A stretch of DNA of 64,000 nucleotides, taken from the NCBI GenBank assembly GCA_903835075.1, contig CAILLM010000003.1, positions 1,002 through 65,001 of the forward strand, in the 5' to 3' direction. Shown here in pieces: positions 10,275 to 20,155 of this stretch; the first letter of the stretch is position 1, and every line of letters starts with the position of its first letter. This DNA is from Candidatus Staskawiczbacteria bacterium (GTDB lineage Bacteria > Patescibacteriota > Minisyncoccia > Minisyncoccales > Staskawiczbacteraceae). Position numbers and translations under genes: made by a program. The notes beneath the pieces are model-generated. The model did not search any database. It was given only the letters and a program-made list of their open reading frames with translations, and was not told the origin of the DNA.

Positions 10275-10846
10275 TATTTCAAAGTTGATAAAAATTTCTG
10301 AAGCTGGTTTTTTGCATCCTCAACAGAACTTGTATTAATTATTGTAAAATCTGCCATTGCAATTGGCCCACCTTTTTCAATATTTTCAATTTCAGCATAA
10401 TCACGTTTTTTGGAATCTGCCTTAGGAGTAGACCTAAATCTATTATTAGGATCATTTTCTACAGCTCTATTTTCCAATCTTTCGTATCTTAATTCTGGTG
10501 GAGCAAAAACACCTAAAATATGCATAGCCTCGCCGTATTTTTCTTTTAGTATTTTATATTCTGTCCAGCTGTATAAACCATCTCCCACTACGTTTGAATT
10601 TTTGAGAAGTTCATCAAATTTTGGAATGTTTAAAGTTGCAAAAGCGCCCATACCATATTGTTTGCGCAACCCTTCTCGCATTGCCTTTTCATTGGTTTCA
10701 TTAACTTCTTGCCCAGTTTTTTTCAACTCATCCATTGTAATCTGCCCAAACCTTACATATGCAAAACCTTCTTTTACGAGCTCGTCTGAAACAATACTTT
10801 TACCCGAACCTGTCATACCAACTATAAAAATTATTTTATTTTCCAT
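10274..10846 (-). CDS. P-loop nucleotide kinase (dephospho-CoA kinase-like / UPF0200-like)
   Basis: 190 aa; Walker A GMTGSGKS; 1-nt stop/start overlap with map and 11-nt overlap with adk. Confidence 0.55.
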   Translation of the reverse strand: MENKIIFIVGMTGSGKSIVSDELVKEGFAYVRFGQITMDELKKTGQEVNETNEKAMREGLRKQYGMGAFATLNIPKFDELLKNSNVVGDGLYSWTEYKILKEKYGEAMHILGVFAPPELRYERLENRAVENDPNNRFRSTPKADSKKRDYAEIENIEKGGPIAMADFTIINTSSVEDAKNQLQKFLSTLK

Positions 10847-11540
10847 TTTTTTCTATTGCATTTAAAATATCATTAAAAACTTTATCTATTGTCTGATCGC
10901 CATTTATTTTATTAACTTCAAAATTATTTTTATTAAAATAATCAATCATTGGGAGAGTTCTTTCAACATATTGATTTATTCTTTTTTTAATAACTTCAGG
11001 ATCATTGTCATCTTTTCGCATCAACAATTTTGACCCGTCTAATGGGCAAAGAGTTAAATTTTTTGTTTCTTCATTTGTCAAAATAGAATGCCTCATCAAT
11101 TCACAAGTCTTTCTGTTAGAATTTCTTAAAATTGTGACTTCCGGCTCTACCTCAATTAAAACTATTTTTATGTTTTCTTTGCCGTATAAATTTTCAATAA
11201 ATGGCATCATTTTCTCCACCTCATAAGCGGTTCTAGGTGATCCGGAAAAAATAATTGACCTACCTTCATCTGCCAATTCCTTAATTTTCTCAAGCATTAA
11301 AGTTACCACAAAAGGCGGGTCCCATAATGTGCCCGCATCAGCTATTTCTTTTTCCTTGGCAAAGTAATATTTTTCTCCGTCAACTTCCACAAAAGCACCA
11401 GGTTGTGCTTCTGCAATTTTTTTACCTATAATTCCGCTGGTTTCGCTAACGTACAAACCCAATTTATCTGAAAGAAGTTCAGATTGAGTACCCTTCCCTG
11501 CTCCGGGAGGTCCAAACAAAATTATAACTTGTTTTAACAT
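10836..11540 (-). CDS. adk: Adenylate kinase
   Basis: 234 aa; GPPGAGKGT P-loop and long LID region; canonical position after secY. Confidence 0.9.
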   Translation of the reverse strand: MLKQVIILFGPPGAGKGTQSELLSDKLGLYVSETSGIIGKKIAEAQPGAFVEVDGEKYYFAKEKEIADAGTLWDPPFVVTLMLEKIKELADEGRSIIFSGSPRTAYEVEKMMPFIENLYGKENIKIVLIEVEPEVTILRNSNRKTCELMRHSILTNEETKNLTLCPLDGSKLLMRKDDNDPEVIKKRINQYVERTLPMIDYFNKNNFEVNKINGDQTIDKVFNDILNAIEKNGK

Positions 11541-11541
11541 T

Positions 11542-12819
11542 TTAAAATGTTTCGTATTCGCGCATTTGAAGTTGCGCGTTAATTTGTCTTACTGTATCAA
11601 GAACCACAGATACCACAATTAAAAGAGAAGTACCTCCAACCAAGAATGCGAACCCTGTAACACCTGTAATTCCTGCAACAATTGATGGCAAAATAGCAAT
11701 TAATCCCAAGAACATAGCACCTGTGAACAAGACTCTGTTTAAAATATGTTTCATAAAAACAGCTGTTGATTGCCCTGGCCTTACACCTGGGATAAACCCA
11801 CCCATTTTTTGCAAATTTTCAGAAATTGTTTTTGGATCAAAAGTTACTGCAGTATAAAAATATGTAAATATAATAACTAACAAGAAGTATAAAGCTCCGT
11901 GTATCCAAACATTGTTAAAAAATGCTCCAACATTTGTGGCGACCACTCCAACCATTCCTGCGTATGTTCCAAAATAACTAGCAATCATTCCAGGAAATAG
12001 AAGAATAGACAATGCAAAAATAATAGGTATAACTCCTGCTGGGTTAACACTCAAGGGCAAATATGTTGAAGTTCCTCCGTACATTTTTGAGCCTCTAATT
12101 CTCTTTGCATAAGAAACCGGAATATTTCTACGGGCCTCAGTAATTAAAACCACTCCCGCAACTATAACAATGGCCAGTACAAAAAATGCAATATAGGAAG
12201 GGATTTGTGATGGCGTATAAGAAGAAAATGTTTGAAAAATGTTAATTGGAATTCTAGCCACTATACCAGCAAAAATTAACAAAGAAATACCATTTCCCAT
12301 TCCTTGCTCTGAAATTATTTCTCCAATCCACATTAAAAACATTGCTCCAGCAGTTATTGTTAAAACAGCTGATACCATTATTGGCCAAGAAAGGCCTGTA
12401 ATAATTCCCTGTTTTGCAAAAACTATAAGCATACCATAGCCTTCAAATGCTGCCAATGGAATTGTGAACAATCTTGAATATTGGTTAAATTTTTGTCTGC
12501 CAGACTCTCCCTCTTCCTTGTAAAGTTTTTCCAAGGCAGGAAATATCATTGTTAAAAGCTGTAAAATAATGGTAGCCGTAATATAGGGCCCAAGGCCTAA
12601 CAAAACAATTGAAAAATTACTTAAAGCGCCCCCAGTGAACAAATTTAAAAGACCAAAAACCTGGTTTTGGTCAAAGAATTTCCTTAAGTTTTCAGCTCCA
12701 ATTCCTGGTATTGGTATATTAGCTGCTAGTCTAAATACAACAAATAGAAAAACAACAAATAGAAATTTTTTTCTGAGTTCTTTGTTTTTAAAAAGAAATA
12801 ATATTTTTTCGTACCACAT
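11542..12819 (-). CDS. secY: Preprotein translocase subunit SecY
   Basis: 425 aa polytopic membrane protein; canonical position after rplO. Confidence 0.95.
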   Translation of the reverse strand: MWYEKILFLFKNKELRKKFLFVVFLFVVFRLAANIPIPGIGAENLRKFFDQNQVFGLLNLFTGGALSNFSIVLLGLGPYITATIILQLLTMIFPALEKLYKEEGESGRQKFNQYSRLFTIPLAAFEGYGMLIVFAKQGIITGLSWPIMVSAVLTITAGAMFLMWIGEIISEQGMGNGISLLIFAGIVARIPINIFQTFSSYTPSQIPSYIAFFVLAIVIVAGVVLITEARRNIPVSYAKRIRGSKMYGGTSTYLPLSVNPAGVIPIIFALSILLFPGMIASYFGTYAGMVGVVATNVGAFFNNVWIHGALYFLLVIIFTYFYTAVTFDPKTISENLQKMGGFIPGVRPGQSTAVFMKHILNRVLFTGAMFLGLIAILPSIVAGITGVTGFAFLVGGTSLLIVVSVVLDTVRQINAQLQMREYETF

Positions 12820-12826
12820 GTAATTT

Positions 12827-12973
12827 AGCGAGGCAATTTTTTTAGCGAGGGAGTTAATTTTCAGCGTATTTCAGGACACGAAGTGCCTGACGAAGCCATT
12901 TAGACGCGAAGCGTATCAATGGCGTTAGCAGAAAATTAATTGCCGAGCGAGAAAAAAGTTTTTTGCCAAGCGA
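12827..12973. repeat. Composite GC-rich palindromic element, nested copy (A-type core), filling the rplO-secY spacer
   Basis: AGCGA-GGCAATTTTTTT-AGCGA-GGGAGTTAATTTTC ... GAAAATTAATTGCC-GAGCGA-...TTTTTTGCC-AAGCGA; ends 2 nt from the rplO stop. Confidence 0.9.
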
Positions 12974-12974
12974 T

Positions 12975-13418
12975 TTATTTGATACTTCCTCCTGCTTTTT
13001 CAATTGCCTCTTTAGCAGATTTTGATGCTTGGCAATTTTCTACAACCAATTTTTTTGTGAACTTTTGGTCGTTTTTTGAGTCACCTAAAATTTTAACTTT
13101 TGGAGATCTTCCTTTTATTTTACTGATAATTCCTTTTTTAATCAAATTTTCTGGATTGATTGTTTCTCCATCCTTAGAAGTTTTTTCCAAAACACTCAAA
13201 CTAACCACTGCAACATCATTTTCTACTCTAAAACTTCTATATCCCTTTAATTTAGGATACCTTTTAATTAATTCTCTTATAATTGGTACCATTTTTCTAC
13301 CTGCTCTGGATTTTTGACCCTTCGCACCCTTTCCGGAAGTAGTTCCTTTCTTTCCTCCTCTACCAATTCTCTTTTTGGTTCTATTTTTATGTTTTGGTTG
13401 TAATTCGTGAAGTTGCAT
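12975..13418 (-). CDS. rplO: 50S ribosomal protein L15
   Basis: 147 aa; GRGGKKGTTSGKGAKGQKSR motif. Confidence 0.95.
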   Translation of the reverse strand: MQLHELQPKHKNRTKKRIGRGGKKGTTSGKGAKGQKSRAGRKMVPIIRELIKRYPKLKGYRSFRVENDVAVVSLSVLEKTSKDGETINPENLIKKGIISKIKGRSPKVKILGDSKNDQKFTKKLVVENCQASKSAKEAIEKAGGSIK

Positions 13419-13419
13419 A

Positions 13420-14034
13420 TTATATTTTATTCTTCAGTTTCTTTAAAGCTTCTATTGTTGCTCTGGCATTATTTAATTTATTTTTTGAACCTGAAAGAAT
13501 TTTTGAAGAAATATTTTTAATTCCAGCCAATTCGCAGATTGTTCTAACTGCACCGCCAGCAACCAATCCTCTGCCCTTTTTCTGTGGTTTCAATAAAATT
13601 ACTGCTGGTCCTGATTTTGCCATTGTTTCGTGAGGAATTGTACCGTTTACGATAATAACGTTAACCAAGTCTCTTTTGGCGCGTCTGGTAGCCTTTTCTA
13701 CAGCCTGGGAAACATCCTTTCCTTTATCTATACCAATTCCAATTTTACCTTTTTTATCACCAGCAACAACAACTGCTCTAAAGCTCATTCTTTTTCCTCC
13801 ACCAGTAACTCTGGTAACTCTAGCCAAATCTAAGAGCTTTGTTTGGAAATCATCTTTTGGGACATCTCTGCCAGCTCCAGCCCTGTTAAAACCAGGCCTT
13901 CTTTGTTGCCCAAAACTATTGTTTCTTTGCCCCTGTCCTTGCCCACCTCTTCCAGCGTCTCTTTGAGCTGGCTGTTCTCCAGTAGGAATTGGCACAAAGC
14001 CGTCACTTGATTGTTGTTTGATTTCGTCTGCCAT
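13420..14034 (-). CDS. rpsE: 30S ribosomal protein S5
   Basis: 204 aa; S5 dsRBD and C-terminal domains with Gly/Gln-rich N-terminal extension. Abuts rplO, with no L30 gene between them. Confidence 0.95.
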   Translation of the reverse strand: MADEIKQQSSDGFVPIPTGEQPAQRDAGRGGQGQGQRNNSFGQQRRPGFNRAGAGRDVPKDDFQTKLLDLARVTRVTGGGKRMSFRAVVVAGDKKGKIGIGIDKGKDVSQAVEKATRRAKRDLVNVIIVNGTIPHETMAKSGPAVILLKPQKKGRGLVAGGAVRTICELAGIKNISSKILSGSKNKLNNARATIEALKKLKNKI

Positions 14035-14069
14035 AATTTCTATATTTAAACGTAGTGATATATTTATTA

Positions 14070-14429
14070 TTAAAATTGTAATCCGCCTTCTCTTGCTCCA
14101 TCGGCTAAGGATTTTACTCTGCCGTGGAAAAGATTTCCTCCTCTATCAAAAATAACTTTTTCAATTTTGCTTTCTTTTGCTTTTTCTGCAATTAACATTC
14201 CAACCTGTTTAGAAAGTTCTGATTTATTGCCCTTTTTTGCTTTTAAATCCTTATCTGAAACGCTAGCTAAAATTTTCTCGCTATCGTCATTTACCAATTG
14301 AGCATAAATATGTTGGTTTGATCTAAATACAAAAAGCCTTGGTCGATCTTTTGTACCGTGCATATTTATTCTCATTTTTTTATGCCTTCTTATTCTTTTT
14401 TCTGTTTTGATTGACATGATAATTTTCAA
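14070..14429 (-). CDS. rplR: 50S ribosomal protein L18
   Basis: 119 aa; RLFVFRSNQHIYAQL and FDRGGNLFHGRVKSLADGAREGGL. Confidence 0.95.
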   Translation of the reverse strand: MKIIMSIKTEKRIRRHKKMRINMHGTKDRPRLFVFRSNQHIYAQLVNDDSEKILASVSDKDLKAKKGNKSELSKQVGMLIAEKAKESKIEKVIFDRGGNLFHGRVKSLADGAREGGLQF

Positions 14430-14432
14430 CTA

Positions 14433-14981
14433 TTATTTACTTGATGCTACAACTTTTTTACCTTCTTTTCTTCTAATTTTTTCTCCTTGGTATTTAATTC
14501 CTTTTCCCTTATATGGTTCAGCTTTTTTCTGAATTCTAATCAATGCAGCCATGTGCCCTACTCTTTCCTTGTCTGATCCAGAAACCGTAATCAAGTTCTT
14601 TTCCACTAAAAAGCTAACTCCGTCTATTTTTTTTATTTTAATAGGATTTGTAAATCCAACATTCAAAACTAGAAAATCTCCATCAACATTAGCCTTAAAA
14701 CCAACTCCTTCAATCTCTAATTTCTTTTCAAAACCCTTACTTACTCCTTCAACCATGTTTGAAATTAAAGCTCTGTATAAACCCCACAATCCTCTTCCTT
14801 TTTTGGAAAGTTCTCCTTTTGGAGCAACCAAAATCATGTTGTCCTTTACTTCAACTTTAATTTCAGGGTGTATTACCTGTTTTAATTCTCCTTTTGGCCC
14901 TGAAACTTTAATCTCTCTTTCAGAGATGTCTGTTTTAACGCCCTCTGGAATTTCAATTGGTTTTTTTCCTATGCGTGACAT
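14433..14981 (-). CDS. rplF: 50S ribosomal protein L6
   Basis: 182 aa; MSRIGKKPIEIP start and PYKGKGIKY motif. Confidence 0.95.
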   Translation of the reverse strand: MSRIGKKPIEIPEGVKTDISEREIKVSGPKGELKQVIHPEIKVEVKDNMILVAPKGELSKKGRGLWGLYRALISNMVEGVSKGFEKKLEIEGVGFKANVDGDFLVLNVGFTNPIKIKKIDGVSFLVEKNLITVSGSDKERVGHMAALIRIQKKAEPYKGKGIKYQGEKIRRKEGKKVVASSK

Positions 14982-15012
14982 GATTTTATTTATTTAAGCG
15001 AATAATTATATT

Positions 15013-15402
15013 TTACCAAACTTTACAAATTACTTCTCCTCCTAATTTTTTATATCTTGCATCTTTATTGGTCATTAAGCCTTTTGATGTTGAAATTATT
15101 GATATTCCAAACCCTCCTCTTACCTTTTTAATATCTGCAAATCCTTCATAAATTCTTTGTCCAGGCCTTGAAATTCTTTTGAAACCTTCCATTGCTGGAA
15201 TTTCGTTATTATATTTTAAAGTAATTTTTAAACCTTTTATTTTGCCTTTTGAAGCTTTTTTTACTTCTCCAACAAATCCTTCTTTTGATAATATATTAGC
15301 AATTTCGTTTTTTATTTTAGACAAAGGAATCAAAACATCTGTTTTAGCAACAGCTTCGGCATTCTTTATTTGATTTAACATGTCTGTAATTGGGTCTGTC
15401 AT
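15013..15402 (-). CDS. rpsH: 30S ribosomal protein S8
   Basis: 129 aa; DPITDMLNQIKNA start. Confidence 0.95.
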   Translation of the reverse strand: MTDPITDMLNQIKNAEAVAKTDVLIPLSKIKNEIANILSKEGFVGEVKKASKGKIKGLKITLKYNNEIPAMEGFKRISRPGQRIYEGFADIKKVRGGFGISIISTSKGLMTNKDARYKKLGGEVICKVW

Positions 15403-15514
15403 ATTTTTTGTTTAGTTTGAAGCGAAGTAATAAACTTTTTGAAGGTTTAGGTCTACTTGCTCAAAGAGCAAGAGGGAAACCTGCTACCGGAAAAAAGTTT
15501 GTTACTGAGCGTGA

Positions 15515-15700
15515 TTACCATGATGATTTTTTGATTCCTGGGATCTCTCCTTTATTAGCTAATTCTCTGAAACAAATTCTGCAAAGACCAAAGGCTCTCA
15601 TAAATCCGTGCCTTCTGCCACATTTAAAACATCTCCTTATTTTTCTTGATGGATATTTTGGTTTTACTTTTGCTTTTGCTTCTTGTGATACTTTTGCCAT
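15515..15700 (-). CDS. rpsN: 30S ribosomal protein S14, zinc-binding type Z
   Basis: 61 aa; [23 protein letters not shown]. Confidence 0.95.
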   Translation of the reverse strand: MAKVSQEAKAKVKPKYPSRKIRRCFKCGRRHGFMRAFGLCRICFRELANKGEIPGIKKSSW

Positions 15701-15705
15701 GGTTA

Positions 15706-16275
15706 TTATTTAGATTTGGTTTCCTTCATTGGAAATCCTAATAATTTATATAATTCTAAACCTTCTTCTTTTGTTTTGGCATTTGTAACAACTGTTACTT
15801 CAAATCCAAAAATTGTTTTTTCTTTTTCTGTAAAAATTTCTGGGAAAAATATGTGCTCTTTAAATCCAATAGACAAATTTCCATTTTTATCAATTGATTT
15901 TGAATCAATACCTCTAAAGTCCCTAGATCTTGGCAAGGAAAGGTAAATTAATCTTTCTATAAAATCCCACATTCTTGATTTTCTTAATGTAACTACAGCT
16001 CCAATTTCTAGGCCTTCTCTCAATTTAAATCCGGCAATTGATTTTTTAGATTTAACTAAATTGGTTTTTTGTCCGGCAATTAATGATAAGTCTTGCATTA
16101 TAAAATTAAAGATTTTCTCTCTTTCTGAAGCAGACTTTCCCACAACTGCTTTACCAAAAGAACTATTTATGACTACCTTTTTTATTGAAGGAACAGCCAT
16201 TTTGTTCTTATATCCCAAATTTTTCATCATTGCTGGGATAACCTCTTTATTGTATTTTTCTTTTAAGCTTTGCAT
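15706..16275 (-). CDS. rplE: 50S ribosomal protein L5
   Basis: 189 aa; conserved order and L5 core. Confidence 0.95.
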   Translation of the reverse strand: MQSLKEKYNKEVIPAMMKNLGYKNKMAVPSIKKVVINSSFGKAVVGKSASEREKIFNFIMQDLSLIAGQKTNLVKSKKSIAGFKLREGLEIGAVVTLRKSRMWDFIERLIYLSLPRSRDFRGIDSKSIDKNGNLSIGFKEHIFFPEIFTEKEKTIFGFEVTVVTNAKTKEEGLELYKLLGFPMKETKSK

Positions 16276-16280
16276 GATAA

Positions 16281-16586
16281 TTAAATTTCTTGTTTACACT
16301 TTTTACAAACTCTTTTTTTAACATCTTTTTCTACTGAATATCCCACTCTTGTAGCTTTCCCACATTTTGAACAAATGATTTTTACATTAGAAATATTTAA
16401 AGCAGCTGGGATTTCAACAACTTGACCTTTTTCTCCTTCTCTTTTTGGTCTTACGTGCTTTTTCTTTAAATTAATCCCTTCAACTAAAATCTTTAAATCT
16501 TTTGGAAAAGACTTTATTATTTTACCTGTTCGGCCCTTATCTTTGCCCGCAGTTATTAAAACTAAATCTCCTTTTTTTATTTTCAT
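16281..16586 (-). CDS. rplX: 50S ribosomal protein L24 with Cys4 C-terminal tail
   Basis: 101 aa; KOW motif KKGDLVLITAGKDKGRTGKI; C-terminus CSKCGKATRV...CKKCKQEI. Confidence 0.9.
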   Translation of the reverse strand: MKIKKGDLVLITAGKDKGRTGKIIKSFPKDLKILVEGINLKKKHVRPKREGEKGQVVEIPAALNISNVKIICSKCGKATRVGYSVEKDVKKRVCKKCKQEI

Positions 16587-16618
16587 GTCTTTTTTGTTAT
16601 AATTTGGAAAATTTCCGG

Positions 16619-16987
16619 CTATAGTAATTCTGATGACATCATAGCTATTGTCCCAAAACCTTTTTCTTTTAGCTCTTTGGCAATTGGCCCAAGAATTCTG
16701 GTACCTTTTGGCTCTTTTGCATCTCCTAATATTACTGCTGCATTATCGTCAAACCTGATATAAGAACCATCTGCCCTTTTAAATTCTTTTCTTTGTCGTA
16801 CGATTACTGCTTTAACTTTTTCGTGCTTTTTAACAGTTTTTCTTGGTTCTGCTTTTTTAACTGCAGCCACAACAATATCTCCCAATTGAGCATATCTTTT
16901 TCTGGTTCCTCCTGGAACATTAATAACCTGGATGATTTTAGCACCTGAGTTATCTGCTACTTTTAACATTGATCTTGGCTGTATCAT
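16619..16987 (-). CDS. rplN: 50S ribosomal protein L14
   Basis: 122 aa; MIQPRSMLKVADNSGAK start. Confidence 0.95.
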   Translation of the reverse strand: MIQPRSMLKVADNSGAKIIQVINVPGGTRKRYAQLGDIVVAAVKKAEPRKTVKKHEKVKAVIVRQRKEFKRADGSYIRFDDNAAVILGDAKEPKGTRILGPIAKELKEKGFGTIAMMSSELL

Positions 16988-16991
16988 AAAT

Positions 16992-17225
16992 TTAAATCTT
17001 TTTAATTACTACCCAATTTTTATCTTTTGAAATTGGCTTTGACTCTTCTATTACAACCTTATCCCCCATGTGATATTCCTGGTTTTGGTCATGAGCCTTA
17101 TATTTTTTGTGACTCTTGTATCTTCTTTTGTATTTTGGATGTTCTTTAATTGTTTCAACCTTAACTACAACAGTTTTCTGCATTTTATCTGAAACAACTA
17201 TTCCTTGTAATGTTTTTTTAGGCAT
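16992..17225 (-). CDS. rpsQ: 30S ribosomal protein S17
   Basis: 77 aa; GIVVSDKMQKTVVVKVE. Confidence 0.95.
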   Translation of the reverse strand: MPKKTLQGIVVSDKMQKTVVVKVETIKEHPKYKRRYKSHKKYKAHDQNQEYHMGDKVVIEESKPISKDKNWVVIKKI

Positions 17226-17415
17226 GTTCCTTTTCTTTTTCTTTAATTAAGGTTAATATTCTGGCCTTTTCTTTTTTAATATTATTAATTTCTTTAACAT
17301 TCTTCAACTTACCAGATGAAAATTTAAATCTAAGGTCACTAAGTTTTTTAGTCAACTCTTGGATGCTTCTCTCCAATTCTTTTTTATCTTTTTTTCTTAA
17401 TTCTAGTACTTTCAT
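17218..17415 (-). CDS. rpmC: 50S ribosomal protein L29
   Basis: 65 aa; position between rplP and rpsQ, helical Lys/Glu-rich. Confidence 0.9.
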   Translation of the reverse strand: MKVLELRKKDKKELERSIQELTKKLSDLRFKFSSGKLKNVKEINNIKKEKARILTLIKEKEKEHA

Positions 17416-17416
17416 G

Positions 17417-17836
17417 TTAAATTGTATCTTTTTTAATAAATTTTGTCTTAATTGGCAATTTTCTTCCAGCTCCCTCTAAGGCTTCTCTTGAAACATCTTC
17501 TTTTAATCCATCTAATTCAAATAATATTCTTCCAGGCCTTACTGCAAAAACATAATGATCAACTGCTCCCTTTCCAGATCCCATACCAACTTCTGACCCC
17601 TTGGCGGTAACAGGCTTATCTGGGAATACTCTTATCCAAAGCTTTCCTCCTTTTTTTAAATATCTTAAAATATATCTTCTTGCTGATTCTATTTGTCTTG
17701 CTGTAATCCATCTTGTATCTAAAGCTTTCAAGCCAAATTTACCGAAATTTATTTCCGTTGCTCTATTTTCAACGCCCTTTGAGGCGCCTTTGTGCCACTT
17801 TCTGTGTTTAACTTTTTTCGGCATTAATATTGACAT
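17417..17836 (-). CDS. rplP: 50S ribosomal protein L16
   Basis: 139 aa; MPKKVKHRKWHKG start and RMGSGKG-like motif. Confidence 0.95.
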   Translation of the reverse strand: MSILMPKKVKHRKWHKGASKGVENRATEINFGKFGLKALDTRWITARQIESARRYILRYLKKGGKLWIRVFPDKPVTAKGSEVGMGSGKGAVDHYVFAVRPGRILFELDGLKEDVSREALEGAGRKLPIKTKFIKKDTI

Positions 17837-17866
17837 AGTTTTGAGAATGTAATAATTTATTTTCTA

Positions 17867-18526
17867 TTATGCTTCTTCAAATTTATCTCCTTTGTATATC
17901 CAAACTTTTATACCAATTTTTCCATATGTACACTGTGCCTCATCTTGAGCGAAATCAATATCAGCCCTAATAGTGTTTCTTGGTAATCTACCTTGGCTCA
18001 ACCACTCTCTTCTGGCAATTTCAATTCCATTCAAACGTCCTGAAACTTCAATTCTTATCCCTTTGGCTTCCCTATTTGTCATAACTCTTTCAATAGACTT
18101 TTTCAAAACTCTCCTGAAAGGCATGCGCTTTTCTATTTGCTGAGCAGACATTTGGGCAACAAGTGCTGAAGAAATCCAAGGATTTTTTATTTCTCTGATT
18201 TCTATTTTAATTTCTCTTTTTGTCTTATTTGTTAGTTTTCTTTGTATTTTGTTCTCTATTTCTTTTTTTAAAGCCTCCACTCCATTTCCGCCTCTACCAA
18301 TAATCATACCAGGACGGGCTGTTTCAATAATCACATTAAGCTTGTTTGCAGAATGTTCTATTTGTATGTTAGCCACTGAAGCCTCTATCAATTTCTTTCT
18401 TAAAAAATCTTTTATTAAAAAATCTTCTTCTAAATATTGGGGCATCTTTCTACCATAAAAACCACGGATGTTCCAATCCTCTGTCTCCTTTATCCTAAAT
18501 GATTTTGGGTGAACTTTATGTGACAT
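17867..18526 (-). CDS. rpsC: 30S ribosomal protein S3
   Basis: 219 aa; KH domain GMIIGRGG and C-terminal domain. Confidence 0.95.
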   Translation of the reverse strand: MSHKVHPKSFRIKETEDWNIRGFYGRKMPQYLEEDFLIKDFLRKKLIEASVANIQIEHSANKLNVIIETARPGMIIGRGGNGVEALKKEIENKIQRKLTNKTKREIKIEIREIKNPWISSALVAQMSAQQIEKRMPFRRVLKKSIERVMTNREAKGIRIEVSGRLNGIEIARREWLSQGRLPRNTIRADIDFAQDEAQCTYGKIGIKVWIYKGDKFEEA

Positions 18527-18527
18527 G

Positions 18528-18959
18528 TTATTTTACTTTTTTTGCTTTGGTTACTTTTTTTACTTTTTCTGTTGGTTTTTCTACTTTTATATTCTTTTTT
18601 ACTTCTTCTTTCTTTACTGGGGTCGAGTTTGATTCTTTTATTATAATAGCTACATGTGCTGATCTTTTTATAATAGGATAGGCGCGTCCTCTAGACATTG
18701 GGTGCCATCTTTTCAATTTTGGACCTTCGTCAACTGTAATTTCAGAAATAAAGAAGTTTGTTTCATCTAAATGAAAATCATTTTTTATGGAAGCTATGGC
18801 TGAATTTAAAAGTTTTAACACTGGTCTAGCAGATTTGTTTGTTGTAAACAAAAGTATAGACTGAGCATCGCCCACTTTCTTTCCCCTAACCAAATCAACA
18901 ACTTGTCTAACTTTCCTAGGTGAGGTTCTTAAATTACTTAATTTAACTTTGATTTCCAT
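18528..18959 (-). CDS. rplV: 50S ribosomal protein L22
   Basis: 143 aa; SPRKVRQVVDLVRGK; Lys-rich C-terminal extension. Confidence 0.95.
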   Translation of the reverse strand: MEIKVKLSNLRTSPRKVRQVVDLVRGKKVGDAQSILLFTTNKSARPVLKLLNSAIASIKNDFHLDETNFFISEITVDEGPKLKRWHPMSRGRAYPIIKRSAHVAIIIKESNSTPVKKEEVKKNIKVEKPTEKVKKVTKAKKVK

Positions 18960-18971
18960 AATTATGCTTTA

Positions 18972-19292
18972 TTACTTTTTAGCTTTAGGAGTTGCAACTA
19001 CTTTCTGTTCTTCTCCTGATTCAATGGCTTTTTGCATTTTACCTCCGTGTCTGATAAATTTTGTTGTTGGTGAAAATTCTCCTAATTTATGTCCTATCAT
19101 ATCTTCGGAAACATAAACTGCAACAAATTCCTTCCCATTATGCACTCCAAATGTATGTCCCATCATTTCCGGTGATATTGTAGAATGCCTTGCCCAGGTT
19201 TTAATAATCTTTTTTTCGTCTTTTCTAAGACTTAGAACCTTTTCAAGTAATTTTGGGTCAATATATGGGCCCTTTTTTAAACTTCTTGACAT
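18972..19292 (-). CDS. rpsS: 30S ribosomal protein S19
   Basis: 106 aa; [12 protein letters not shown] and [10 protein letters not shown]. Confidence 0.95.
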   Translation of the reverse strand: MSRSLKKGPYIDPKLLEKVLSLRKDEKKIIKTWARHSTISPEMMGHTFGVHNGKEFVAVYVSEDMIGHKLGEFSPTTKFIRHGGKMQKAIESGEEQKVVATPKAKK

Positions 19293-19326
19293 AGTGATTA
19301 ATTTATCTTTCTTTTGCTAATGATTA

Positions 19327-20154
19327 TTATTTCTTTCTTCTGCTCACAATTAACTTACTTGACCATTTCTTTTTATTTCTTGTCCTAACTCCTAAAGCAT
19401 GCTTACCTTGTGGAGTTTTTGGATATTTTAGACCAATTGGCTGTCTTCCTTCTCCTCCTCCATGTGGATGATCTACCGGGTTCATGGCAGAACCTCTAAC
19501 ATGTGGCCTTCTTCCTTTTAATCTTGATTTACCGGCTTTTCCTACTCTATAAAATCTATTTTCTGGATTTGATACCATTCCAATTGAAGCGAAACATTCT
19601 CCTTTAAACTTTCTTACTTCTGAAGATGGCATTTTTAAGTTAACATAGTCTCCATCGTGAGCCAATACTTGGGCCGAAGAACCTGCTGACCTTACAACCT
19701 TTCCACCTTTTCCTGACTCCATTTCAACATTATAAACTGCTGTTCCAACCGGCACATTTTTCAATTTAATTCTATTTCCAACTGTTAGCGGCGCGTTTTC
19801 TGAGAAAATTACGTCATCTCCAACTTTTAAATTTTGCGGAGCTATGACATATTGTATTTTATCGTCACTATATTTTATTAAAGCAATAAAAGCTGTTCTG
19901 TTTGGATCATATTCCAAAGCAATAACCTTTGCAGGAATATCCATTCTTGTTTGAGCAAATTCAATAACTCTATATAATCTTTTAACTCCACCACCTTTAT
20001 GCCTGACCGTTATTCTTCCTGTTGTATTGGATCTTCCTACGTTTCTTTTAACGTATTTTATAAGACTCTTCTCTGGCCCCTTTTTGGTAAGCTGTGAGAA
20101 GTCTATTCCTGTCATTCCTCTTCTGGCTGGTGATGTTGGCTTATAATGTTTCAT
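19327..20154 (-). CDS. rplB: 50S ribosomal protein L2
   Basis: 275 aa; GSAMNPVDHPHGGGEG motif. Confidence 0.95.
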   Translation of the reverse strand: MKHYKPTSPARRGMTGIDFSQLTKKGPEKSLIKYVKRNVGRSNTTGRITVRHKGGGVKRLYRVIEFAQTRMDIPAKVIALEYDPNRTAFIALIKYSDDKIQYVIAPQNLKVGDDVIFSENAPLTVGNRIKLKNVPVGTAVYNVEMESGKGGKVVRSAGSSAQVLAHDGDYVNLKMPSSEVRKFKGECFASIGMVSNPENRFYRVGKAGKSRLKGRRPHVRGSAMNPVDHPHGGGEGRQPIGLKYPKTPQGKHALGVRTRNKKKWSSKLIVSRRKK

Positions 20155-20155
20155 A

